From a virus (taxonomy: Duplodnaviria > Caudoviricetes): 55,698 nucleotides of DNA. The translations under genes were made by a program, and so were the position numbers. Position 1 is the first letter of the stretch, and each line of letters begins with the position of its first letter. The notes beneath the pieces are model-generated. The model searched no databases. It was not told the DNA's origin and saw only the letters and a program-made list of their open reading frames with translations. The stretch lies in IMG/VR virus record IMGVR_UViG_3300030329_001268, positions 1 through 55,698 of that record; one strand, written 5' to 3'. Of this stretch, positions 8,845 through 17,649 are shown piece after piece.

Positions 8845-10828
8845 TTTGCATTCCTATAATTTGTGCCATCATAGCCGCTTCCTCAGGATCATTAAGTATC
8901 TCATCAGGATCAAGATCCAAACTATAGGCAAGTTCACTAATTAATTTAGACATCTTAACAAACGGAGCAACAGCAGGATTTTGTACAGTTTGTAAGAACA
9001 TAGTCAATCTTTGACTTCTTACTTCCTTCTGCATTAGGCTGTTAGTTCCCATTGCATTGATTTCTAAATCTCCCTCGATTCCTAACTTGCCTTCCATAAA
9101 TTGCATATTCCATTGGAAAAATGCTTCCCCTAAAGGCTTTAATAAGAAATCATCTAAATTCTTTACGACAGTTTTAATGTTTAAACTTGCAGCTCCTAAT
9201 AACATTGACATGCCTGAAGCAGTTCTTGTCATGCTTTGAACACCTGTTTGTCCATGTGAATATGATGGTATTCCTGTTTGTTCGTCTGCAAGTTGTCTAA
9301 ACCTATCAAACATCATCATGTTTTCAGGTGCAGTATTAGGAAATTTTAAACCATGTACTGCTTGTCCGGGCATTCCTGCTTGTCTGCGAAATATCTTTCC
9401 GGGATATATTTCCATTGATTGTCCGCCTACAAGTGCTGATTCATCTACATCAAATACTAAAGATCCTGCAAGTGCTAGGTTATCTATAGCCATTCTTGCA
9501 TGTCCGTTCATAATTTGTTGAGCGTCATCCATATTTTCAGCAACACCAATACCAAAGAAGTTATATGGGTTTCTTTCGTATGGGAATGCATGATATGGAA
9601 TACGATGTGGAGTAAAAGGATTTATTACTGCTCTTAAAAGTTTACCATTACATACCCAAGCATTTACTTGAACTTCATCTAAAGAATCTATATCTTCAGG
9701 AACATCAACTCCAACTTCTCTGAGGTATTCTGCATCCATAATACCCCAATATTCTAAAACTTCATATTTATCTGCATTACTATCTGAATCATCTACATCG
9801 TCTTTTAATTGAGTATCATAATGTTCTTCTACATAATTTGCGCCCATCATTAAACATTCACGTATTGCATCCTTATCAAAGTAAGGCATTTTGCGCAAAG
9901 CACGTAATTGGCTTTTGTTTAATTTGTGCCTATGGAATACATACTCACACTCATCCATATTAGTTGCTGCAGGATCAGGAAAGAAATCCCAAACACTTAC
10001 AAATTCTATTCTAGGTACTCTTACATCAACAGGAGCATATGTTCTTTCTCCATCTTCTCCTTCATCCCAACGACTTAAAGTTTTGTTAAAATTAAAAGGA
10101 CCTTTAACAATTCCTGTTCCTAAGAGTGCTGATTCAAGAAGTGCGTTTCTTATTTCAGATGAACCACTAGACTCTTCTATTTGATCATGGATTAATTTTT
10201 CCATTCTTCTTGCAGCTTTTTGTGCAGGTTTAACTTCAGGTATTTCAGGAATAGGTGAAGGACCAGGGGCTAACTGATCTTTAACTTCTTCGTCTATAAA
10301 CTTACCTGTTTCAAACGTTGCTCCTGCTCCTAAAACTTTACCATCTCCTTCATACCCTACAGAGAAAGGATCGTCTATTGGATCTTCTTCCATGGGTTCA
10401 GCAGTTGTTTCAATAGAAGGAGTAGGATTATTAGAATCTAAATGTGCAAAATCTAAAGCACCCTCAGGCATTTTAGTTTCTACTACACCTATAGGAAACT
10501 TCCCTGTGCCAAATACAACATCTATTAACTGCCCGAAAGCAGCAAGTACTTTAGTTTTTGTAATCTTTACAAAGACTTTAGACTTTTCAGACTCTCTAAA
10601 TTTTAATTTTTTATCGTATAAACCACGATAATTTCTATAAGATGTCAACCATCTTTGTTCATTTAAAATTCTTGCTTTTTTTGCTTTGTCAAAGCGAGAT
10701 ATAATAGTACCTGATAAATTTAATTTTTGGTTTTCTTCTAGTACTAAGGCTTGACCTTGCTCCCCTTCAATCTCTTCAAAGAAAGGAGCATCTGCATTAA
10801 GTGTATTTAATATATCTTTTTCGGGCAT
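8642..10828 (-). CDS. Portal protein
   Basis: 728 aa. W...YRNYRG, SKVFVKITKTKV, VSVWDFFPDP and RTASGMSML motifs. Follows TerL. Confidence 0.9.
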   Translation of the reverse strand: MPEKDILNTLNADAPFFEEIEGEQGQALVLEENQKLNLSGTIISRFDKAKKARILNEQRWLTSYRNYRGLYDKKLKFRESEKSKVFVKITKTKVLAAFGQLIDVVFGTGKFPIGVVETKMPEGALDFAHLDSNNPTPSIETTAEPMEEDPIDDPFSVGYEGDGKVLGAGATFETGKFIDEEVKDQLAPGPSPIPEIPEVKPAQKAARRMEKLIHDQIEESSGSSEIRNALLESALLGTGIVKGPFNFNKTLSRWDEGEDGERTYAPVDVRVPRIEFVSVWDFFPDPAATNMDECEYVFHRHKLNKSQLRALRKMPYFDKDAIRECLMMGANYVEEHYDTQLKDDVDDSDSNADKYEVLEYWGIMDAEYLREVGVDVPEDIDSLDEVQVNAWVCNGKLLRAVINPFTPHRIPYHAFPYERNPYNFFGIGVAENMDDAQQIMNGHARMAIDNLALAGSLVFDVDESALVGGQSMEIYPGKIFRRQAGMPGQAVHGLKFPNTAPENMMMFDRFRQLADEQTGIPSYSHGQTGVQSMTRTASGMSMLLGAASLNIKTVVKNLDDFLLKPLGEAFFQWNMQFMEGKLGIEGDLEINAMGTNSLMQKEVRSQRLTMFLQTVQNPAVAPFVKMSKLISELAYSLDLDPDEILNDPEEAAMMAQIIGMQNAQQETGPEDATIGQQPSPMGGGEGIPSGPQELGTTGTGGGNIGTGNVPLPGEDQFSGNIAPIEGTG

Positions 10829-10831
10829 GTT

Positions 10832-12472
10832 TTAATATCCAAAATCGGGATCGATTGGTTTATAGTTTGAATTTCTTTTTAGTTCTCTTATGCGCTGTAG
10901 AGGATCATTAATACGAGGTCTACTCATAATAAGATAGCGTAATGCATCATACGCATGATCGGATGCATTAGTGTCGACATCTTCAGGATTTGTTTTACTT
11001 AATGGTATACCTTGTAGTTCTCGAATCAAGTTAGGACAAGTGTTAAAAATTTGTAGTTTAGGTCGGCTCCCACTATTCTGAACTCTTAGATATTCGTGTA
11101 CCTGAATTTTGCCTTGTATTCTATTTTTATCGGCTCTTCTGAGTTTATGTCCTAGCTGCTGTAAAGTCTCACCAACAGTAGGACCAGTTGTTCCAGTTCT
11201 AGCCCAAGCTGCTGTATCTAATACACCTTGGACAGAAAAAGGATCTTCTATCTCCATTTCAGTTATTATACGACCTAAATCAAGACCTGTCAAGTTTTTT
11301 CTATAGAGTTCTCTGTAAATTATTAAAGTTCCATCACTTCTATCTACTGCTCCCCACAAACAACAACTCTCTGAAGAGTACCCATAGTCAATCCCTTTTA
11401 CTCGTTCCCAAACTATAGGAAGAGTAAAAGGTTCTATAACATGTATGCTAGGATCAAACTCAACAAAAGCAGCACCTTCTGCTACATCCCAATTACCTTC
11501 TAACAATTGTTTTCTTTGAATTGGAGGCAAGGCATTAAGCATTTCTTCATACCTGCCATCTTTTGCTAAGTAAGGATTATCGTCTAATTTAGCAGGAATA
11601 AATTTTCTTGTTAAGCCATCTTTTCCTTTAAAAGATTTATTATGTTCTGATGGTTCGATGTATCTTTTCTTTACCCAATGCGCACCCACACCTCCTGGGT
11701 TTGCTGTGCATCTAAGATAAGTTTCTATTTCAGGATCAGTCGTTCTAAGTCTTGAAGCAAGATAATTCCAACCAAACTCAGTAGGTAAATGTGTTATCTC
11801 ATCAAATCCAATCCAACTATATGCTTGTCCTTGGTATCTGTATACGTCTGCATCTCTTTCCAAGAAACCAAATTCTATTTTTGCTCCGCTTGGAAAGTTC
11901 CAAAGTTTTTCTACTTCACGAAACTTACAGCCAGGGAAAGCCAAAGGATATAACTCACGAGACTTATCAATTAGTTCTCTAAGTTCAGGCATAGATCTAC
12001 GAAGTATCAATGCTCTGTGTGCTTTTTTGTGAGCGTATCTTAGTGGATCAACTAACATCGCATAAGACTTGCCCCCTCCTGCTGCGCCTCCATAAAGAAC
12101 ATCTCTTTCAGGAGCAGCAAGAAAATCAGTTTGAGGACCTTCGTTAGCGTGAAAGACTACATTCTCAGTGGGCCTATCTTTTATTTCTTTTTGAACAGAA
12201 GGAGTAAGTTCTTTTATATCTGTATCTAAAACAACTTTATCTGCATTTGCGTTATCTAATTTATTTAAAACTTTCTTTTGTTTTTTTAGTTTTGCTTTAT
12301 GTGCAGATATTTGATTTTTTAATTTGTTTATTTTTTGTTCTTTCTTTTTAACAGATTTCCTAGCACTCATTTTTGCTTTAGTTTTAGAGTGATAGTTATA
12401 AGTACTTTTAGAACCTTTAGGTCTTCCTCGCTTTTTAGGCTTCTTGGTTTCGTCTTTCTTCTCTTGTACCAT
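10832..12472 (-). CDS. terL: Terminase large subunit
   Basis: Walker A YGGAAGGGKS, Walker B IGFDE, TANPGG, nuclease motifs GIDYG and DHAYDALRY. Confidence 0.95.
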   Translation of the reverse strand: MVQEKKDETKKPKKRGRPKGSKSTYNYHSKTKAKMSARKSVKKKEQKINKLKNQISAHKAKLKKQKKVLNKLDNANADKVVLDTDIKELTPSVQKEIKDRPTENVVFHANEGPQTDFLAAPERDVLYGGAAGGGKSYAMLVDPLRYAHKKAHRALILRRSMPELRELIDKSRELYPLAFPGCKFREVEKLWNFPSGAKIEFGFLERDADVYRYQGQAYSWIGFDEITHLPTEFGWNYLASRLRTTDPEIETYLRCTANPGGVGAHWVKKRYIEPSEHNKSFKGKDGLTRKFIPAKLDDNPYLAKDGRYEEMLNALPPIQRKQLLEGNWDVAEGAAFVEFDPSIHVIEPFTLPIVWERVKGIDYGYSSESCCLWGAVDRSDGTLIIYRELYRKNLTGLDLGRIITEMEIEDPFSVQGVLDTAAWARTGTTGPTVGETLQQLGHKLRRADKNRIQGKIQVHEYLRVQNSGSRPKLQIFNTCPNLIRELQGIPLSKTNPEDVDTNASDHAYDALRYLIMSRPRINDPLQRIRELKRNSNYKPIDPDFGY

Positions 12473-12716
12473 ATTTATTATCTATAATTTTTTTTAACCC
12501 TGCCGGGCTGATTCTTCTTCCTGTATGGTTTTCTAACCAATAACAGCCATCTCTTAGAGATATTTCTTCATTGACTACCATTTCTTCAACTGCTGTTAAT
12601 GCATCTAATTCTTTTTGAACAGGCTGCATATAACGTGAATCATCTTTAGATAACTTATATCCAAAAGGAACTGTAGAACTTGTTCTTCTTTTTAATTGAC
12701 TAAGTAAACTATCCAT
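12435..12716 (-). CDS. Small putative DNA-binding protein
   Basis: RRTSSTVPFGYK followed by an HTH-like SLRDGCYWL..TGRRIS..GLKK segment. Confidence 0.6.
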   Translation of the reverse strand: MDSLLSQLKRRTSSTVPFGYKLSKDDSRYMQPVQKELDALTAVEEMVVNEEISLRDGCYWLENHTGRRISPAGLKKIIDNKYGTREERRNQEA

Positions 12717-12964
12717 CAGTGTTTTTTCTTCTTATTAATTTTTTGAACTTTATCGTCTGTAAATTCTACAACTCTATCAGGCTCTCCTTGCAGTTGTTCT
12801 AAATCAACAACCTTTCCTGATGAATCAAACTTGTAAGTCATATAATCACTATGTACTTCACCACGAATCCATAGTACAGGACACACTTTTAACCATTCAT
12901 AAAATATGTCAGGCATTTTATTTTCATCTCTAAACTGTTCTTCAAACGTATCACTTATAGCCAT
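12716..12964 (-). CDS. Hypothetical protein
   Basis: 82 aa; TGATG coupling to the next gene; GGAG upstream. Confidence 0.65.
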   Translation of the reverse strand: MAISDTFEEQFRDENKMPDIFYEWLKVCPVLWIRGEVHSDYMTYKFDSSGKVVDLEQLQGEPDRVVEFTDDKVQKINKKKKH

Positions 12965-12973
12965 TGGCTTCTC

Positions 12974-13702
12974 CTAAGATATATATTTAACATTATGCAG
13001 TCTGCGCCTCATTCTCGAAATTCTTTTCTTTGTCAAGTTTCCTAAGTGTTCTACTATTTCTTTTTCTTTTTTAGGTAGTCCTTCCGTATAAGGAAGAAGT
13101 TTGTCAAAACAATATGCATACGTTTCAACTACACTTGCTTTTTTATTATTTAATATGTCTATGTAATTATGTATAGAAGACTGTTCTCCTAGTACTCCAT
13201 ATGTCAAAGCGTCTGAAGCATTTATTGCGTCTTCTTTAAATATAGGATCATCTCTATGATTCATATATCTAGGCATAAAAAGTTTTTTAATATTTGGTAA
13301 TATGCCTTGGTCTTTAGCAGGAATCCGATGCCATTGTAAAGGGTTCATTATAAATAGTGAAAGATCAATCATTCCTTTATGCATATCTTTATCAATAAGT
13401 TTATAGTGTCTTGCTATTGTCGGATGGTCTGCATACACTGCTTGTCTGCTTAGACACATATCATAATTTTTTAATTTTTCTTTTTTAGGAAGATCTCTAT
13501 CTTTTATATTTAATATTAAACCGCTTTTAACAACTAAAGTAATATCGTCTACATTATGCAAAGCAGATGCAATTTTACTTTTTCCACATGGAACAATCTT
13601 GTATTGAAACTCAGGCATATTCATTTCAATAGAGTTAACTGTTAAGGCTGTTAAGTTATTAACCTCTAGGATTAAGATCTTTTGGATTTTTTGGTTTGAC
13701 AT
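12974..13702 (-). CDS. Degenerate GT-A/GT8-like glycosyltransferase-fold protein
   Basis: DLSLFIMN..W, DQGIL and MPRYMN echo GT8 motifs, but there is no clear DxD. Confidence 0.4.
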   Translation of the reverse strand: MSNQKIQKILILEVNNLTALTVNSIEMNMPEFQYKIVPCGKSKIASALHNVDDITLVVKSGLILNIKDRDLPKKEKLKNYDMCLSRQAVYADHPTIARHYKLIDKDMHKGMIDLSLFIMNPLQWHRIPAKDQGILPNIKKLFMPRYMNHRDDPIFKEDAINASDALTYGVLGEQSSIHNYIDILNNKKASVVETYAYCFDKLLPYTEGLPKKEKEIVEHLGNLTKKRISRMRRRLHNVKYIS

Positions 13703-14558
13703 GCTTTATGTCTTTAAAGTAATTAAAAAAGTTATCTATTCGTTCTTGTGGATTATGTACTAAATAAGAAACAAGACCTGAGTATTCTGAAGATAAAAGA
13801 CGTTTTAAATCTAAAGGGTTGGGTTTATTATTAATATCTCCTCTCCACAATGCAGTATATATAGGGGTATATGTTCTAGGACTGCAACCTCTTTTATCAA
13901 ACAATCTTACTTCACTTCCTTGTGATAAACCTATTAATCCCATTTCAGAATTAGTACAACATCCTACGATCTCTGCTTGTTTTAATATTGAGTGGCCCGA
14001 TAGTTTTTTATTTATTATTCTATCTTTAAACTTTTTCTTTAAGTCGGCAAATACATAGGCAGAAGTAAGAGGATGACATTTAAGGTATGCGCCTTTTTCT
14101 ACTTCTTCTTGTACTTTCTTTGTATCTACTATATCATATAATATATTTGTACCAGGAAGAAAGATTACATATTTAGGTTTAAATTTTGTTCTTCGTAGTT
14201 TATATTTGTCTAGGCTTTTAATTGCTAGTTCTTTAAAAAGCATGTCTCCTTCTTCTGTCACTACTTCTTTTGCTGACTTTATCATTACTTCACAAGCATA
14301 ATGAAACGAAGCAGGTTTCATATAAATAAACTTAGACATAGCATCTGTATAAACATAGCCATGTATTCTAGGATCATCGGGAAAATCGTACCAAATATCG
14401 TACTCAAGGTTAGTATTGTAGTTTCCTTTTTTAGGAAGAAGTTTGTGTACTTTGTTTAATTTTTCATTTTCATCGTTTCTAAGAACGCTACCCGATTTAA
14501 AGAAATGAGCAGTCTTATTATTTAAAACATCATTGTAGGCTAAAGTTTCAATCGCCAT
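13659..14558 (-). CDS. Capsule polysaccharide synthesis (KpsC/KpsS-like) GT-B protein
   Basis: YLKCHP and GCCTNSEMGLIGL resemble the KxHP and TxNSxxGxEAL motifs of that family. Confidence 0.55.
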   Translation of the reverse strand: MAIETLAYNDVLNNKTAHFFKSGSVLRNDENEKLNKVHKLLPKKGNYNTNLEYDIWYDFPDDPRIHGYVYTDAMSKFIYMKPASFHYACEVMIKSAKEVVTEEGDMLFKELAIKSLDKYKLRRTKFKPKYVIFLPGTNILYDIVDTKKVQEEVEKGAYLKCHPLTSAYVFADLKKKFKDRIINKKLSGHSILKQAEIVGCCTNSEMGLIGLSQGSEVRLFDKRGCSPRTYTPIYTALWRGDINNKPNPLDLKRLLSSEYSGLVSYLVHNPQERIDNFFNYFKDIKHVKPKNPKDLNPRG

Positions 14559-14703
14559 CTTCTAATTTCTCAAGTCTATCTTCAAATTCTTCTAAGCGCT
14601 CATCTACGTCTTTAAAATGATCTACAATAATATTTAAAGTTTCTTCTGTTCGCCTTCCTATAAGATTTATTTCTTTTTCAATTTGTTCTAACTTTGTAGC
14701 CAT
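14548..14703 (-). CDS. Small coiled-coil protein (51 aa)
   Basis: Manual translation MATKLEQIEKEINLIGRRTEETLNIIVDHFKDVDERLEEFEDRLEKLEDGD. Fills the gap and overlaps both neighbours. Confidence 0.65.
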   Translation of the reverse strand: MATKLEQIEKEINLIGRRTEETLNIIVDHFKDVDERLEEFEDRLEKLEDGD

Positions 14704-14891
14704 GTTATCTTTATGCCTCTTCGTTCAAGTTCTTTTATTACTTTGTGTTTCTTTTTAGGTTTAGCATTACTTGAATTTAAATAATCAAACAATTCTTTTT
14801 TAGGTGTGGCTTTTATGTAATGACGAATAACTTTAGTTACTCCTGTTCTTCTATCATAACTTTTTTCATTTGGTTTAAACTTTGTTGGCAT
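14688..14891 (-). CDS. Small basic hypothetical protein
   Basis: 67-aa ORF in the operon. Confidence 0.65.
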   Translation of the reverse strand: MPTKFKPNEKSYDRRTGVTKVIRHYIKATPKKELFDYLNSSNAKPKKKHKVIKELERRGIKITWLQS

Positions 14892-15051
14892 TTTTATACT
14901 GCTTTTTTAACCATTCTTTATTTTTTTCTACATACTCTTCTTGATTATTATATGGCTTTTGCCCATGATGCCAACGTTCATAACAGTTTTCATCATACAT
15001 ATATCTACAATAACTTTCAAAAGAACTATGCCAATACCCATCAACCTTCAT
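14875..15051 (-). CDS. Small hypothetical protein (58 aa)
   Basis: Manual translation MKVDGYWHSSFESYCRYMYDENCYERWHHGQKPYNNQEEYVEKNKEWLKKQYKNANKV. GAGG upstream; overlaps the terS stop. Confidence 0.6.
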   Translation of the reverse strand: MKVDGYWHSSFESYCRYMYDENCYERWHHGQKPYNNQEEYVEKNKEWLKKQYKNANKV

Positions 15052-15469
15052 CTATTTCGACCTCTATAACATTAACTGGTTTTTCTACTTTAGCAGGAAG
15101 TATAAATACTCCGCCACCTACATTATGATTAACGTCAATACGCTCTTTTTTGGTGACACCTACACGATCTAATATTGTTTGCGCTGCTTGTAGTTTATTT
15201 GCTATTTGAGGAATAGGAGCATCAGTATTCATAATCTCTACTAACTTAAATGCGGCTTCAGGAGCGCTGTGAGCAAGAACATCCGTTGCGAGATCTACGA
15301 TCTCATTCTTCAAAGACTTAACAACTTGGTAATGATTCCCACTATAACCTGCTAGTTCTGCAGCTCTTTTAGGATTACCGCCTGTTTCAACTAAACAATC
15401 CAAGAACTTCTGTTGCTTTTCAGTTAGTTGTCTATCTTTGTTTGTTTGTGGTAAGTATGTATTTCCCAT
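15041..15469 (-). CDS. terS: Terminase small subunit
   Basis: LTEKQQKF, AAELAGYS and AAQTILDRVG motifs. First gene of the packaging arm. Confidence 0.8.
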   Translation of the reverse strand: MGNTYLPQTNKDRQLTEKQQKFLDCLVETGGNPKRAAELAGYSGNHYQVVKSLKNEIVDLATDVLAHSAPEAAFKLVEIMNTDAPIPQIANKLQAAQTILDRVGVTKKERIDVNHNVGGGVFILPAKVEKPVNVIEVEIDEG

Positions 15470-15478
15470 GATGACTCT

Positions 15479-15507
15479 ATTATAGGACTGGTTTACAAAG
15501 TTGTCAA
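15479..15507 (-). promoter_or_regulatory. Consensus sigma70 promoter for the terS/structural arm
   Basis: TTGACA-17 nt-TATAAT on the - strand. Confidence 0.85.
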
Positions 15508-15530
15508 GTAGTTTTATAAATAAATATTCC

Positions 15531-15559
15531 TTGACAAAAGTAAATCTGAAGTGTATAAT
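15531..15559 (+). promoter_or_regulatory. Consensus sigma70 promoter firing into the non-coding region
   Basis: TTGACA-17 nt-TATAAT. Confidence 0.8.
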
Positions 15560-15718
15560 AAAGTAACACTGCCCAGGGTTACATACCTATCCCCACCTAC
15601 TTTATAACTTTAAAGTTAATCCCGCCAATACTGGTAAACATGTCAAACCTTTTCAAAATGTTCAATCACTTACTATATATAGGGGTAGTAGGGGTGGTCA
15701 CCTGCATCCCCCCTCATC

Positions 15719-15934
15719 AGTTTACATTATTTTACAACTTTTGTCAACATTTATTTTTGACCTGGCCCTAGCAAATTTTTAAACCTTTGTCAAGTATTAT
15801 TTTTTCCAGGCCCCTACCAAAATTTTAAAACTTTGTCAAGTCTTTTTAAAATTTTTTTTTCAACTACACTATTTTTTACAATTTGTCAAGTTTTAAAATT
15901 TTCCGGGACTAGCATAAATCTAGTAAACTGTCAA
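15719..15934 (-). repeat. Five tandem promoter-like units of about 46 bp (TTGACA-N17-TA...)
   Basis: tgtcaa on + at 15742, 15788, 15834, 15884 and 15929. Units 2 and 3 are near-identical. Confidence 0.8.
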
Positions 15935-16017
15935 GATGTAAAATATTTTTCATATGTAAAGTAACTTTAAAACTTTGCAAACTTCACAAACTTCAAACAC
16001 TTAACTATTATTTTATT

Positions 16018-16033
16018 TTACTTTTAAGAGTAA
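16018..16033. promoter_or_regulatory. Palindromic operator-like site, copy 1
   Basis: TTACTTTTAAGAGTAA, one mismatch from the palindrome TTACTTTTAAAAGTAA. Confidence 0.6.
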
Positions 16034-16068
16034 GATAATTGTCATATATGATTCCATCCCGGAATCGC

Positions 16069-16097
16069 TTGACAATGCTCTTAGAATGCCTTAGAAT
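16069..16097 (+). promoter_or_regulatory. sigma70 promoter for early genes
   Basis: TTGACA-17 nt-TAGAAT. Confidence 0.75.
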
Positions 16098-16227
16098 CCC
16101 TTTAATGCTTACAATTGCAGGATAGACAAGCAGAGCGTTCTTTAAAAATTAGTAAATGATTCACACATCAGTTATAAGATGTTGTATTTTCCTCTATTTC
16201 ATAACCCTCAATTTAGAGGTGTAAATT

Positions 16228-16938
16228 ATGGCTAAATCACTAGCAAGGAAAAATAAAACTTTTGATAGTTTTAATTCAACTCAAAAATCGGCTCTTCTAA
16301 GCAAAGTTAAAACATGCATAGACGGGATGAGAGATTCAGAGTTTGAAATCAATAAGCACAACAAAAGGATTAAAGGCACGACTGGATTTATAAATCAGTT
16401 ATGGCAAATTCTTAGGACTAATGTAAGGATAACAACCTTGCCTCAAGTTGATATGATTCATGAATACATATGCACAACATATGGATGGACTATCAAACAA
16501 CAAGGCAAAGGTAAGGCAACTGAAGGAACATCGAGTTCCAAAGAAGTCTCACAGTTTTTCTCAAACATTAGACGTGCATATAAAAGAGAATCGGACAATG
16601 GGTTAGTTCCAGATTGTAGATTTAAAATGACTACAATGAAAAACGTTGAAAAAGATAAATTTGTCAATGTTACAGACTACCCGGAATTTGACCTCTTTAA
16701 AGAATGTCTTACTTATCAAGACATGATAAAAGCCCTTAATGAGTCAGTAGTCAATAATAGGTCAGTAGAATTCACAGCAATTCAAAATGATTCTAAATTG
16801 ATTAACACTCATGCAAGGAAATTAGAGAGAGAAGGCAATGAAAAAGCGCTGTTAGCACTTCAAAAAGATTATGAAAATCTTAAAAGAAAGCATAACATCG
16901 TCAACCCGGCGCCAAAAAAATCCAAAACAAAAACTTAA
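16228..16938 (+). CDS. First early gene, hypothetical
   Basis: 236 aa; AGAGGT RBS; no recognised motif. Confidence 0.8.
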   Translation: MAKSLARKNKTFDSFNSTQKSALLSKVKTCIDGMRDSEFEINKHNKRIKGTTGFINQLWQILRTNVRITTLPQVDMIHEYICTTYGWTIKQQGKGKATEGTSSSKEVSQFFSNIRRAYKRESDNGLVPDCRFKMTTMKNVEKDKFVNVTDYPEFDLFKECLTYQDMIKALNESVVNNRSVEFTAIQNDSKLINTHARKLEREGNEKALLALQKDYENLKRKHNIVNPAPKKSKTKT

Positions 16939-16991
16939 TCGGTTATTGAGATAGAGGATTATACGACATTTTATAACTGATGTTTGTTTTT

Positions 16992-17007
16992 TTACTTTTA
17001 AAAGTAA
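16992..17007. promoter_or_regulatory. Palindromic operator-like site, copy 2
   Basis: Perfect palindrome TTACTTTTAAAAGTAA in an intergenic gap. Confidence 0.6.
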
Positions 17008-17060
17008 AATAATAATGTCAGTAAGGTAAACATTTTAACATTTAATCTAAGGAGGGCCAT

Positions 17061-17417
17061 ATGTCCATATCGTTAAAAGATTTACCATATAAAACGCAGT
17101 CTGAGAGGAAGGCAACTGATGCTCTAATACAGACTCTGAGAGATCATTTAGATCCATCAACTAGAGTCAGTAAGGTAAGAGCGAGAGGTCAGAGAAAGAA
17201 GTGGGCTTTAAAGGATGGAAGAAATCCGAGAGCCTACGACCAGGATCTGCCTATAAAGTATGCTGAAAGAGTGACTGTTTATATGGAAACTAAACCTAAA
17301 GTCAGAAAGGTCAATCACCATTACAATATGTTGATGGGATATAAAAGATCAATATGGGCTTTACAATCACTCGTTAATGAGTTAGAGTATTCAATCGAGA
17401 AACTGAGAGGTAAATGA
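17061..17417 (+). CDS. Hypothetical early protein
   Basis: 118 aa; AAGGAGG RBS. Confidence 0.8.
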   Translation: MSISLKDLPYKTQSERKATDALIQTLRDHLDPSTRVSKVRARGQRKKWALKDGRNPRAYDQDLPIKYAERVTVYMETKPKVRKVNHHYNMLMGYKRSIWALQSLVNELEYSIEKLRGK

Positions 17418-17418
17418 T

Positions 17419-17649
17419 ATGATATATTCTGATTACATTGCACACTACATACAAACTGAATTGAAAAAAGATCCTAAAGGGATTGTCAGTGAGGTCGGGT
17501 ATGTAGATTCAAGCGAGTCTAACTGGGTTACTGGCCCGTTCAAAAAGAAAGTGTCAGTGACTGATAAATATAACACTAAGTATATTGTGACTGTCCAAGA
17601 GGTCAGATATACTACACCAACAGGAAGGACAATAACTTATGATACCTAA
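17419..17649 (+). CDS. Hypothetical early protein
   Basis: 76 aa; GAGG RBS. Confidence 0.7.
   Translation: MIYSDYIAHYIQTELKKDPKGIVSEVGYVDSSESNWVTGPFKKKVSVTDKYNTKYIVTVQEVRYTTPTGRTITYDT

Noticed and set aside
12435-12716. Serine recombinase or integrase
   Set aside because: Only a PFGY-type fragment of 93 aa, with no catalytic domain. No sign of lysogeny.
15719-15934. CRISPR array
   Set aside because: Repeats are short and degenerate, spacers resemble each other, and there is no cas operon. The Cas4-like nuclease is the usual replication exonuclease.
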